A stretch of 36,091 bases of DNA from Methanobacteriota archaeon. Its GTDB lineage: Archaea > Thermoplasmatota > Poseidoniia > Poseidoniales > Poseidoniaceae. This document shows, piece by piece, positions 25,867-33,820 of the stretch. Position 1 is the first letter of the stretch; every line of letters begins with the position of its first letter. The DNA lies in assembly GCA_018645535.1 (NCBI GenBank), contig JABGWN010000052.1, forward strand, positions 1 to 36,091, given 5' to 3'. The notes below the pieces were generated by a model. That model had not been told where the DNA came from. It worked only from the letters and a program-made list of their open reading frames with translations, and made no database searches. A program made the translations under genes and the position numbers.

Positions 25867-28683
25867 ATGGGATTAATGGAAAATTTTGGTAGAGTAGCTA
25901 CATCCTACATGGATGAGAAAGCAAAGCTCGAAGAAGCAGGCGAGAAGCGAACACGTACACGAATGGGTCACGGATTCTGGCCTCATGAAGTGCTGCGAGA
26001 TACAATTCTCTTTTCATTCATGGCAGCAGTTCTTCTGTTCTATGCGTGGTTGATTCCACCGCCACTTCACGGTGCTGCAGATCCATATGCGCAAGCAGGA
26101 TTCGTATTCCCTGATTGGTACGTTCTGTTCTCATACGGATACTTGCGTTGGGGAGAATATCTCCCTCAATTTACAGTCCCTACAGGATTCATTGGTGATA
26201 TTGTTGGCCAACCTGTATTTGCATGGAACGCTGCATGGTGGGGCGCTGCTCTAACTGGAATCCCTATTGGCATCCTCACACTCCCACCTCTAATTGGAGG
26301 ACGTGAAAAGAGACCTGTCGAAGACCCGTGGTTTGCCGCTGCAGGAGCAGTTTATTTGGCACACATTTGGTTTATCTCTGTATTCTCGATCAACATCTTC
26401 CTTGAACTGTACGGGAAAAACCGGTCTGATTATTGTAAACTGGATTCACATGGAGACTTACTGTGTGGTACAAGAGCGCCTTGGATGGCAGATATTTTCA
26501 ATGCAGTACCTTGGATTCTGACGGGTTTATTGTTGTGGATTGTGATTTACTTCATTGCCCGAAACGTGATGGTCAAGGCCTGGGGTTCTGGATTCACCCC
26601 TGCTCATGGAAAGCGCCTCATCGTCGGCGCACTGGTTATCTCTGCCGGAGCATCTGTTGCAACATTCGACACATACGACAACGGTTTCTGGGAAGCTGGC
26701 GGTCTTTTGACCATCAAAGGGCTAACGCACGATTATTATCCTGAACTGGAAGCAATGCGAACTCAACCAACTGATGTACACGTACACGAAATAAATGAGT
26801 TCACTGATGACCGGGGGTACTCCGATGATGGTATTGTGCCTGCCGCTGCATGGACAGACTGGCAAATCTACCAGCCAGCGCGAGAAGTGCTTATCGATTT
26901 CAGTGACGCAAATAATCACCAAGATGCGGAAGAAGGCCTCAATGCAGCTGGAACAACAGCATCCTTCTATGGTGGAGACGGATTCACAATGAGTGGAACA
27001 TTCACTGTAACAGAAGATACGAACAACTTCCCAGACGGACATCATGAATCTGTTGAATCACTTACAACGGACGTCGTTTGTGAATATCGATCGAGTGAGC
27101 GCAAAATCGATGGTGTCAATACTGCAACAATGCTCACCAGTTCGCTCAGCGTCACAGATGCGAAGGGGAAGGTCATGACCTCCTTCTCCGGATGTGTAGG
27201 GGATGAGATTACTCTTGAACCAGGTGTCTACGACTACGAATACAGTCTTCAAGCATCAGGAGCTCTTGCACAGAACAATTCGATCATGACCGAAACAACA
27301 TTCTCAATTCGTGCATATCAACCACTCCTTCTATGGAACAGCAATGCTGGCCCACTCGCTGGAACTGTTGTCAATCTCAGTGATACCGCTACAATAGCAG
27401 CATCCTCTGGAACATACAGCGATGTTGTCAACCCATCATACCACGTCAACCCGAAGGCACTCGATGCAAAACTCACGTATGCTATGTTCATTCCATGTTT
27501 GACATTTGGTGCAATCGTCGTCGTTGTCTTGAGATCAATGGCACGAGGATATGAATTCGAAATGAACAAGTGTTACGGTTGCGATTTGTGTGACGACGCT
27601 TGTCCAGTTCGATTGTTCAATGGTGGAGACAAACTCAACATCATTTACAATTCGTGGAACAATGAAGACGATGGTGTACCAATGTACTCCTGTCTGACGT
27701 GTACTGCCTGTACTAATGCATGCCCACAACTCGTCAACTATGACTCCTATGTTGATATTCGTAGAAGCCTCATCGTAGGCGGTCCGGCGGCTGAAATACC
27801 TCACACAGTGTTGCAAGCAGTCTTGGCTGCAGAAGCTGAAGAAGCATCAAACGAGGACTTCATCCCAGTAGAAGAGTACCCAATCACATCCAATGTTGGC
27901 TATTATCCAGGATGCGTTGACTATCTCGACCAAGAGATGGTCTTCTCCCACGTCAATGAAGGAGATATGAATCTTGGAGATTCGACAACTGCTGCCTTCA
28001 CTCTCTTCGAAGAAATGGGGCATGATGTATCGTACCTCGGCCGTGATTTCTTGAAGTGCTGTGGACACGATCAAAAGTGGCAAGGACTCACTGAAGTATT
28101 TGATAAACTCAAAGCCTACAATCAAAAGAAGATTGAAGCATCAGGCATTGATACACTCGTCTCATCATGTGCTGAATGTTTCCGAACCTTTGCTCGAGAT
28201 TACGAACTTGAAGGAGTCAAGGTCATGCACACAACAGAGTATCTCATCGAAAGCGGATTCGACATGGAACTCTCAACTGATGCTACAACAGTTACCTATC
28301 ACGACCCATGTCGACTTGGTCGTCAAATGGGAATCTATGATGAGCCTCGTGAACTGATCAACGCTGTAGAAGGTGTAGATCTCGTCGAGATGGAACACAG
28401 TGGAGAGGACGCTATGTGCTGTGGCGTCTCCAGTATGATGTCATGCAACGAAAATGCACGTGCTCTACGTGTGGCTCGTATGGAAGAAATCAAGTCCACT
28501 GGTGCTGACACCATGCTCACCTCATGCCCGAAGTGTGTTTCACACTTTGAGTGCTTGAAGTTTGAAGGTGATGAGCGATACGAAGACATTGAGATTCTCG
28601 ATGTTGTATCCTTCCTCGCACGAGAAGTTAACGCAAAGAAGAGCGAATTGACTCAACCTACACTCGGTGAAGTTGAAGCTTGA
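25867..28683 (+). CDS. Fusion: cytochrome b C-terminal half/subunit IV-like membrane domain + ~270-aa extracytoplasmic domain + HdrD/GlpC-type module (2x[4Fe-4S] ferredoxin motifs + 2 CCG domains)
   Basis: The FWPHEVLRD...PDWYVLFSYGYLRW (PEWY-type Qo motif) region has TM helices through residue ~265. Another TM helix is at ~536-555. Ferredoxin motifs are CYGCDLCDDACP and CLTCTACTNACP. The CCG domains are GC(683)...KCCGHD(731/732)...SCAEC(768/771) and PC(815)...MCCGVS(851/852)...SCPKC(887/890). It is a single 938-codon frame. GAGGTG lies 8 nt upstream of ATG 25867. Confidence 0.85.
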   Translation: MGLMENFGRVATSYMDEKAKLEEAGEKRTRTRMGHGFWPHEVLRDTILFSFMAAVLLFYAWLIPPPLHGAADPYAQAGFVFPDWYVLFSYGYLRWGEYLPQFTVPTGFIGDIVGQPVFAWNAAWWGAALTGIPIGILTLPPLIGGREKRPVEDPWFAAAGAVYLAHIWFISVFSINIFLELYGKNRSDYCKLDSHGDLLCGTRAPWMADIFNAVPWILTGLLLWIVIYFIARNVMVKAWGSGFTPAHGKRLIVGALVISAGASVATFDTYDNGFWEAGGLLTIKGLTHDYYPELEAMRTQPTDVHVHEINEFTDDRGYSDDGIVPAAAWTDWQIYQPAREVLIDFSDANNHQDAEEGLNAAGTTASFYGGDGFTMSGTFTVTEDTNNFPDGHHESVESLTTDVVCEYRSSERKIDGVNTATMLTSSLSVTDAKGKVMTSFSGCVGDEITLEPGVYDYEYSLQASGALAQNNSIMTETTFSIRAYQPLLLWNSNAGPLAGTVVNLSDTATIAASSGTYSDVVNPSYHVNPKALDAKLTYAMFIPCLTFGAIVVVVLRSMARGYEFEMNKCYGCDLCDDACPVRLFNGGDKLNIIYNSWNNEDDGVPMYSCLTCTACTNACPQLVNYDSYVDIRRSLIVGGPAAEIPHTVLQAVLAAEAEEASNEDFIPVEEYPITSNVGYYPGCVDYLDQEMVFSHVNEGDMNLGDSTTAAFTLFEEMGHDVSYLGRDFLKCCGHDQKWQGLTEVFDKLKAYNQKKIEASGIDTLVSSCAECFRTFARDYELEGVKVMHTTEYLIESGFDMELSTDATTVTYHDPCRLGRQMGIYDEPRELINAVEGVDLVEMEHSGEDAMCCGVSSMMSCNENARALRVARMEEIKSTGADTMLTSCPKCVSHFECLKFEGDERYEDIEILDVVSFLAREVNAKKSELTQPTLGEVEA

Positions 28684-28688
28684 AGCGT

Positions 28689-28979
28689 TTAATCTTCGGT
28701 TGGAGGAGTTCCTTCCTCATCCATCCCCACGATCTCATAGTTTGATGGGAAGAGCGCAATGATGACTCCAGCGATGAGACTGATCAATCCCCACATGAAC
28801 TCTTGTTGAACAAATAACAGTTCAAGAGCGATAACACAGAGAACAAGACCGCCGATGTTTGAAGTCCAAACAAGCGTCTTGAACGTGCCGAGCGATACAC
28901 CAGTTGTACCATCTTTCCGATATGGTCCAAACTCTCCACCGAAACGTTGTGCTGATGGTTCTTTTCCTTTCTTTGACAT
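28689..28979 (-). CDS. Hypothetical small 2-TM membrane protein
   Basis: 96-aa ORF, last in a tightly packed minus-strand gene string. TM helices are IGGLVLCVIALELLFV and GLISLIAGVIIALF. No family recognised. Confidence 0.4.
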   Translation of the reverse strand: MSKKGKEPSAQRFGGEFGPYRKDGTTGVSLGTFKTLVWTSNIGGLVLCVIALELLFVQQEFMWGLISLIAGVIIALFPSNYEIVGMDEEGTPPTED

Positions 28980-28989
28980 CGTTCATTCC

Positions 28990-29322
28990 TCATCGGTCTA
29001 TCATGGTGATTGCATCTGTTGGACAAGCGAGAACACATAGCCTGCATCCAGTGCAAGCATCTCTGATAATTTTCGCTTTCTGATTGCTTTCAACATTGAG
29101 TAAGGGGCTTCGCATGGCCATCTTGTACATCTCAATGGCATCATCATCACATACGATTGTGCATTGATCACAGCCGATACATAATGATTCTTGGACAAAA
29201 GCGACAGCAGTCTCACCTCCCTTGAGGGATGAATGCTGTACACCTCGCTGACGATTGAGGCTGGAGCGTATACGCTTCGCCTCTTCTTCGCGACGACGCT
29301 TAAGGTCATCCGAGGACGTCAT
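28990..29322 (-). CDS. 2x[4Fe-4S] dicluster ferredoxin with basic N-terminal extension
   Basis: CIGCDQCTIVCDDDAI and CTGCRLCVLACPTDAI are two CxxCxxCxxxC(P) motifs. The N-terminal ~40 aa are rich in R/K/E. ATG 29322 overlaps the upstream gene end by 17 nt. Confidence 0.8.
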   Translation of the reverse strand: MTSSDDLKRRREEEAKRIRSSLNRQRGVQHSSLKGGETAVAFVQESLCIGCDQCTIVCDDDAIEMYKMAMRSPLLNVESNQKAKIIRDACTGCRLCVLACPTDAITMIDR

Positions 29323-29965
29323 GTTCTACCTGACCAATGGGTTGGCCTTCAAACTTGGCAACGCTCAGATTTACAAGAAGATCTCCAAAGCAGTAGAATG
29401 CTCCAACCAATAATGGTGGATTCCAAGCAGTTAATCCGGTATATGGTACAGTAGAAGCCCAAGTCCAATTGCACAGGTAAGTCCCCCACAATTCCATTGC
29501 AAGAGCAAGCCAAACCATTGTAGCATAAAGTCGGGGCTCTGGACCCCATCGAATGAAACCAAAGGTGAGAATCAATAACAAGACCGCTGAGGTATCAGTT
29601 CCTTTTAGGGCCCCATACAGAACAAGCGGTAGAAGAGCGAGAATGAGATAAACTGGAGATGAGGAGGGAATCCTCTTGGCCACTCTACGTCCTAAATCAA
29701 ACAAGAAATAATGACCGACTGGAACAAAGAGGGGCATTAATCCTCTTTGATATTCATAAATTAACCATACCTCACTGAAGAACAATTCCATTGGCGTTGC
29801 AAATGCCAACACCGCAATCATTTCGATTCGTTCTTTACGATCTGTTATGATGAAAAGATACAGAAAAGTTCCAAGGCACCAGATATCAACAGGCCATTGA
29901 GCATACTTAGCTGAAACAAAGAGACCTACAGCGATGGTCGTGATGTAAAGCAGTTCACGACGCAT
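29306..29965 (-). CDS. Hypothetical polytopic membrane protein (~6-7 TM)
   Basis: 219-aa hydrophobic ORF between the GshA-like and ferredoxin genes. No family recognised. Confidence 0.45.
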   Translation of the reverse strand: MRRELLYITTIAVGLFVSAKYAQWPVDIWCLGTFLYLFIITDRKERIEMIAVLAFATPMELFFSEVWLIYEYQRGLMPLFVPVGHYFLFDLGRRVAKRIPSSSPVYLILALLPLVLYGALKGTDTSAVLLLILTFGFIRWGPEPRLYATMVWLALAMELWGTYLCNWTWASTVPYTGLTAWNPPLLVGAFYCFGDLLVNLSVAKFEGQPIGQVEHDVLG

Positions 29966-29996
29966 GGTTTTGCTACAGGCATCTCCTTTATGAGAA

Positions 29997-31199
29997 TCAT
30001 GACGTTTTCATCGCTTCTAATTCAAGTCCCATAGCGAGCATTGAGATTTCAGCAACCAAGGCGTGCCAATTATGTGCATGAGTCATATATCCAGGCTCTT
30101 GATCAGAAGTGACAAATTGTGCGCTCGGAGAATTAAGATTACCAATGTCATCTCGTTTTGCATTAACTCTGTAAAACCAGGAGGAAGCATCACCATCGAC
30201 GAGATAGACCACTGGCTCTACTGGAAATCCTTCTTCTGTTTTCATAAGAGTCGGAACGCCTTCTTGTATCAAGAAATCTTCAACATCCGTGGTTCCTTTC
30301 CCATACATTAGTTTCTTCATCTTGCGGTTCGATAGATTGAGAAGTTGCTCACCTGAAGTCACAGTCATAATGCCTAAGCCATAAGTTCCACGATTATTTT
30401 TGACATACACAACGGGCTCTCTGTCAAGACCAAGTGATTGATACCGCTTTGAAAGAAGGGCGATAAAATCATCAACCTCTTTTGCTAATTTTACTCGACA
30501 GGCTTCTTTTTCCAAACATTTATTCTCAGAGACGAATGAATCACAAAGTAAGTGCCATGGTTCTATTCCAATTATTTCGCTTACTTCTTCAACAAGGGGA
30601 CGGAGGTGTTCAAAATGCATGGATTTCTTTCTCTTGTGCCAACCCATTTGTGGATTTGGCAAGATATGGGGGGATGAAAGGCCCTGCAAACCTTCGTCAG
30701 TTAGATCGTTGTTGAGCAGAATAAAGTCTGGTTGTTCTCCGTTTACCAGAAGAACATCGTTGATAATCTCGACTTGATTCAATGGAAGGGGACCAAGAAG
30801 TCCATTGAGTGTTTCGAACCCATCAAGTTCGGGATTACCGACTGTACATCGGTATCCTGCCGATTCAACCAATTTACACAACGTTCGAAGATTCTCAACA
30901 TATCCTTGATTTCTCGTATGAGATTCGGGATAGATATGAACCCATTTGCAATTGGGATTATTTCGTTTAATGTGTTCTGAAATACGATTTGTGAGATGAG
31001 GTAAATCCGAGTCCGAGGTATTGTTGAAACCAGCAGGGAATTGATTCGCATCGACAACAGCTATTTTCCATCCAGCATCTCTGACATCTACACTTCCGTA
31101 AATTGGGACCTCTATTGACGAACGCTTTTCATTCATCCATTTCGTCAATTCATCACGCTTTTCTTCTAGTCGATTGCTTAGTTCGTGTAGGAATGTCAT
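29997..31199 (-). CDS. GshA-type (Acidithiobacillus-type, PF08886-like) glutamate--cysteine ligase candidate
   Basis: These blocks resemble my recollection of the rare proteobacterial GshA family: PIYGSVDVRDAGWKIAVVDANQFPAGFNN, YPESHTRNQGYVENL, LLNNDLT, GWHKRKKSMHF, RGTYGLGIMTVTSGE...LSNRKMKKL, IQEGVPT, EPVVYLVDG...FYRV....D.GNLNSP. It is not verified by search. Confidence 0.5.
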   Translation of the reverse strand: MTFLHELSNRLEEKRDELTKWMNEKRSSIEVPIYGSVDVRDAGWKIAVVDANQFPAGFNNTSDSDLPHLTNRISEHIKRNNPNCKWVHIYPESHTRNQGYVENLRTLCKLVESAGYRCTVGNPELDGFETLNGLLGPLPLNQVEIINDVLLVNGEQPDFILLNNDLTDEGLQGLSSPHILPNPQMGWHKRKKSMHFEHLRPLVEEVSEIIGIEPWHLLCDSFVSENKCLEKEACRVKLAKEVDDFIALLSKRYQSLGLDREPVVYVKNNRGTYGLGIMTVTSGEQLLNLSNRKMKKLMYGKGTTDVEDFLIQEGVPTLMKTEEGFPVEPVVYLVDGDASSWFYRVNAKRDDIGNLNSPSAQFVTSDQEPGYMTHAHNWHALVAEISMLAMGLELEAMKTS

Positions 31200-32974
31200 T
31201 AGATCACCTCATTCAATAAATCATCAAGAGTTCGGTTCTGCAAGTTAAGCCCATGTCCTTGCAAGTGGATGGATTCAAACAATCCAAGCCCTAAGGCAAT
31301 TTCTGGTTGTTTGTGTAGAACCTTTTCACACATAGTCCATTTTGACGCAATCTCTTGTATTTGAGATGCATATTCGTCAAGACAAGAAGTAAGCAGTGTG
31401 GGCGATGTAGCAGTTCCAGCAGGCAACTTCTTTCGATAAACAACAGATTCAGGGAGGTTTGTCAACGCTGCAGCTGAACGTAAAGCCTTCTTTTCCAGAC
31501 CCGTCGATGGAAGTCGTTGGTCCATTGGAAGTTGCATTGCCTCTTGCCGATGTGCACGGGAAAGGAAAGGAACTCGAACTTCAAGTGAATGAGCCATAGA
31601 GTGGCGATCTACAAGACGAAGTTGAAAATTACTGAGTTGACCATGATCCATCTCGAATTGTAATGTCTTTTGCAGCGTACTCAAGTGCGTTGAAGGGCGA
31701 TGGTCTTGGGTCCACCAACGTGAATCCTCTGACATCGATTCGGTTTGAAGAGTTGCAGCAAAGGGGTGATCTAGATCAGACATGCGTGCTTCAAGTTGTT
31801 GTTGATGATTTTTCAAATCGACATATCGGGGGTATCCAGCATGTATCTCGTCTGCTCCTTGACCGCATAACCCAACTCGAACAACCTTCGACATTTCCTG
31901 AAACAATGGTTGGAAGAATAATACTGAGACGTCTAAGTCCTCACCATGCCAAGAGAGAGAAGGCAAATGACGCGAGAATGAATCAGAATCCATGATGGAT
32001 TGATGATGTTCTAAATCCAATGCAGATGCTACGAGTTCAGCTGCCATCCAATCAGGATTATCTTCGCTTTCTGCCACAGTCCAGCAAGCGGGAGTTGGAC
32101 GACCATACCTCTTAGCAGCATCACTCGCAACGGCAGCGACCAAGGAGGAATCAAGTCCACCTGAGAGAACAATACCCACTGGTACGTCAGACATCAATCG
32201 TTGACCAACACTCTCAATAAATCCATCGAGAAGAAGGCTTGAACCTTGGTTCACATCCCATGATTCCGTGGGATTAAACATGGGGCTGGAGAATCGAGCA
32301 TGACTTTCTAATGTTGCAATACCATCATTCACAGTCCAAACTTCAACAGTTCCTGGTCGAACTTGATGTACACCCTGAAACAATGATGTTGCATCAAGAG
32401 GGTATTCCCAAACAAGTCGGGCAAGGAGAGCCTCCATGTCCATTTTAGGACTGTATTGCGAATGTGCATGGAAAGCTTTGGCTTCACTTGCAAAGAGTAG
32501 CGAACGGTCAATGGTTGTTCTCAAGAGAGGTTTAATGCCCATTTCATCACGAGCAAGAATCAATTGTTTATTCACAGGATCCCAAAGACTCAATGCGAAC
32601 ATTCCATCAAGTCGTTTCAACCACTTGCAATGGTCCTCAGCGTCTGGATGTTTTATTCCGTGTGTTGCACTTTTATGCAGTGCAAGAATTGTTTCACTAT
32701 CACCCATGGTCTTCCAAGGATAGGTCTCATTACTCTGTCTAAGGTTCTGATAGTTGTAGATTTCACCATTGACAATGAGAATGCAACCATGATTAGAAGA
32801 GATGGGTTGAGGACTTCCCTCCAAATCGACAATTGCGAGTCGTGAATGCCCGAGAGAGATGTGTTCATCATCCCAGAACCCAGTGCCATCTGGCCCTCGA
32901 TGATGTTGAAGTCGTGTCATACTTTTGACAACAGAAGGTTCTGGCGAACCAAACATGCCAGAAATCCCACACAT
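31199..32974 (-). CDS. Asparagine synthase-like glutamine amidotransferase (AsnB family)
   Basis: There is an N-terminal Ntn nucleophile (MCGISGMFG), then RGPDG, IVNGEIYN, and the PP-loop VGIVLSGGLDSSLVAAV in the synthetase domain. Its stop overlaps the downstream start by 1 nt (31199). Confidence 0.85.
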   Translation of the reverse strand: MCGISGMFGSPEPSVVKSMTRLQHHRGPDGTGFWDDEHISLGHSRLAIVDLEGSPQPISSNHGCILIVNGEIYNYQNLRQSNETYPWKTMGDSETILALHKSATHGIKHPDAEDHCKWLKRLDGMFALSLWDPVNKQLILARDEMGIKPLLRTTIDRSLLFASEAKAFHAHSQYSPKMDMEALLARLVWEYPLDATSLFQGVHQVRPGTVEVWTVNDGIATLESHARFSSPMFNPTESWDVNQGSSLLLDGFIESVGQRLMSDVPVGIVLSGGLDSSLVAAVASDAAKRYGRPTPACWTVAESEDNPDWMAAELVASALDLEHHQSIMDSDSFSRHLPSLSWHGEDLDVSVLFFQPLFQEMSKVVRVGLCGQGADEIHAGYPRYVDLKNHQQQLEARMSDLDHPFAATLQTESMSEDSRWWTQDHRPSTHLSTLQKTLQFEMDHGQLSNFQLRLVDRHSMAHSLEVRVPFLSRAHRQEAMQLPMDQRLPSTGLEKKALRSAAALTNLPESVVYRKKLPAGTATSPTLLTSCLDEYASQIQEIASKWTMCEKVLHKQPEIALGLGLFESIHLQGHGLNLQNRTLDDLLNEVI

Positions 32975-32985
32975 ATCTCACAGGA

Positions 32986-33006
32986 AACGTCCATGACGTT
33001 TATACC
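32986..33006 (-). promoter_or_regulatory. Candidate leaderless archaeal promoter (TATAAA at -30..-25 from the asnB-like ATG) overlapping a perfect palindrome AACGTC-ATG-GACGTT (-26..-12)
   Basis: The minus strand reads GGTATAAACGTCATGGACGTTTCCTGTGAGAT-ATG. A TATA centred about 27 nt upstream of the start codon matches archaeal TATA-to-TSS spacing. The 6+3+6 palindrome lies between the TATA and the start. Confidence 0.4.
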
Positions 33007-33028
33007 ATCGCTTTTGCAATGTATAATT

Positions 33029-33139
33029 TCACCACAATGGGTACTTGAATGCAACAACCGCTAAGAGAATAACAGCGATTCCAAAGAAGGCATAGTAAAC
33101 CGATTGCGGCGGGTCGGAGGATGAATTATCGTCATACAT
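33029..33139 (-). CDS. Possible 36-aa single-TM micro-protein (MYDDNSSSDPPQSVYYAFFGIAVILLAVVAFKYPLW)
   Basis: Hand-translated ATG-to-TGA ORF in an otherwise unexplained 222-nt intergenic region. It has one clear hydrophobic helix. It is below the ORF-track size cut-off and has no other support. Confidence 0.2.
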   Translation of the reverse strand: MYDDNSSSDPPQSVYYAFFGIAVILLAVVAFKYPLW

Positions 33140-33196
33140 GGGTATCAACAACCATCCGTAAACGACCAGATTCTTCAATATGGCGGCTGTTCAACC

Positions 33197-33820
33197 TCAC
33201 ATAACTCCCAAAAATGGTTCGAGAACTAAGACCAAGGCCAATGGAATGAGCAACATAGTAGCGTTGTCATCGATATATCGTAAACGAGGCCATTCTGCAG
33301 CAACACACATTGGTCCCATCAATGCTACAAGAAGCCATGGAGTCCCAACCCATATTGCACAGCAAGCCCAAATTGTGGCAATACCAAGTGTTCCTGCCCA
33401 AATAACTGCAGAAACTGAGAAGTCCTTTCTTCGCATCTCACCGAGGAGTGGATCTCCGAGTGAGAGACTCAAAATGAGTGGATATGCATACGCCTTTTCG
33501 GGTGTCAAAAGCAAGACCATACCGATGGCAATAGCGCCCCATGCTAAGGCAGATACTTGCTTTGCCTCATAGGCACGTTGACCGATTATAGTGACGCCGA
33601 ATTTGAGTCGAAGAGCCTCTCCTACGATGGCAACGAGAATAACAACAGAAACAAGTCGAGCCAGTGAAAGATTTACAGCATCTGCAGTACGTTCTCCATA
33701 TTCAAAATACAGAACTGGAATAAAGGACATTCCGAGGTGTATTCCTCTACGAAGCAGGTGTCCTGACATGCCACCAACCGATTGATCAACAGGGTTCGTC
33801 ATCTCAACTTGGTCACTCAT
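33197..33820 (-). CDS. Polyprenol (dolichol/phytol) kinase / CTP-transferase-1 superfamily-like membrane protein (divergent)
   Basis: The pattern RRGIHL..., E.LR, SLSLGDPLLGEM and YIDDNATMLLIPLA resembles COG0170/SEC59-type proteins (RK.iH, lgD..A..vG, DNl.iPl). The usual G.GK/KS.EGS block is not evident. ATG 33820 overlaps the meaB stop by 8 nt. Confidence 0.4.
   Translation of the reverse strand: MSDQVEMTNPVDQSVGGMSGHLLRRGIHLGMSFIPVLYFEYGERTADAVNLSLARLVSVVILVAIVGEALRLKFGVTIIGQRAYEAKQVSALAWGAIAIGMVLLLTPEKAYAYPLILSLSLGDPLLGEMRRKDFSVSAVIWAGTLGIATIWACCAIWVGTPWLLVALMGPMCVAAEWPRLRYIDDNATMLLIPLALVLVLEPFLGVM

Noticed and set aside
33180-33785. Plus-strand ORFs 33180..33572 and 33591..33785
   Set aside because: They are antisense to the membrane-protein gene that is translationally coupled to meaB. 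Their composition (Ser/Thr/Arg/Pro-rich) is typical of antisense reading of a hydrophobic gene.
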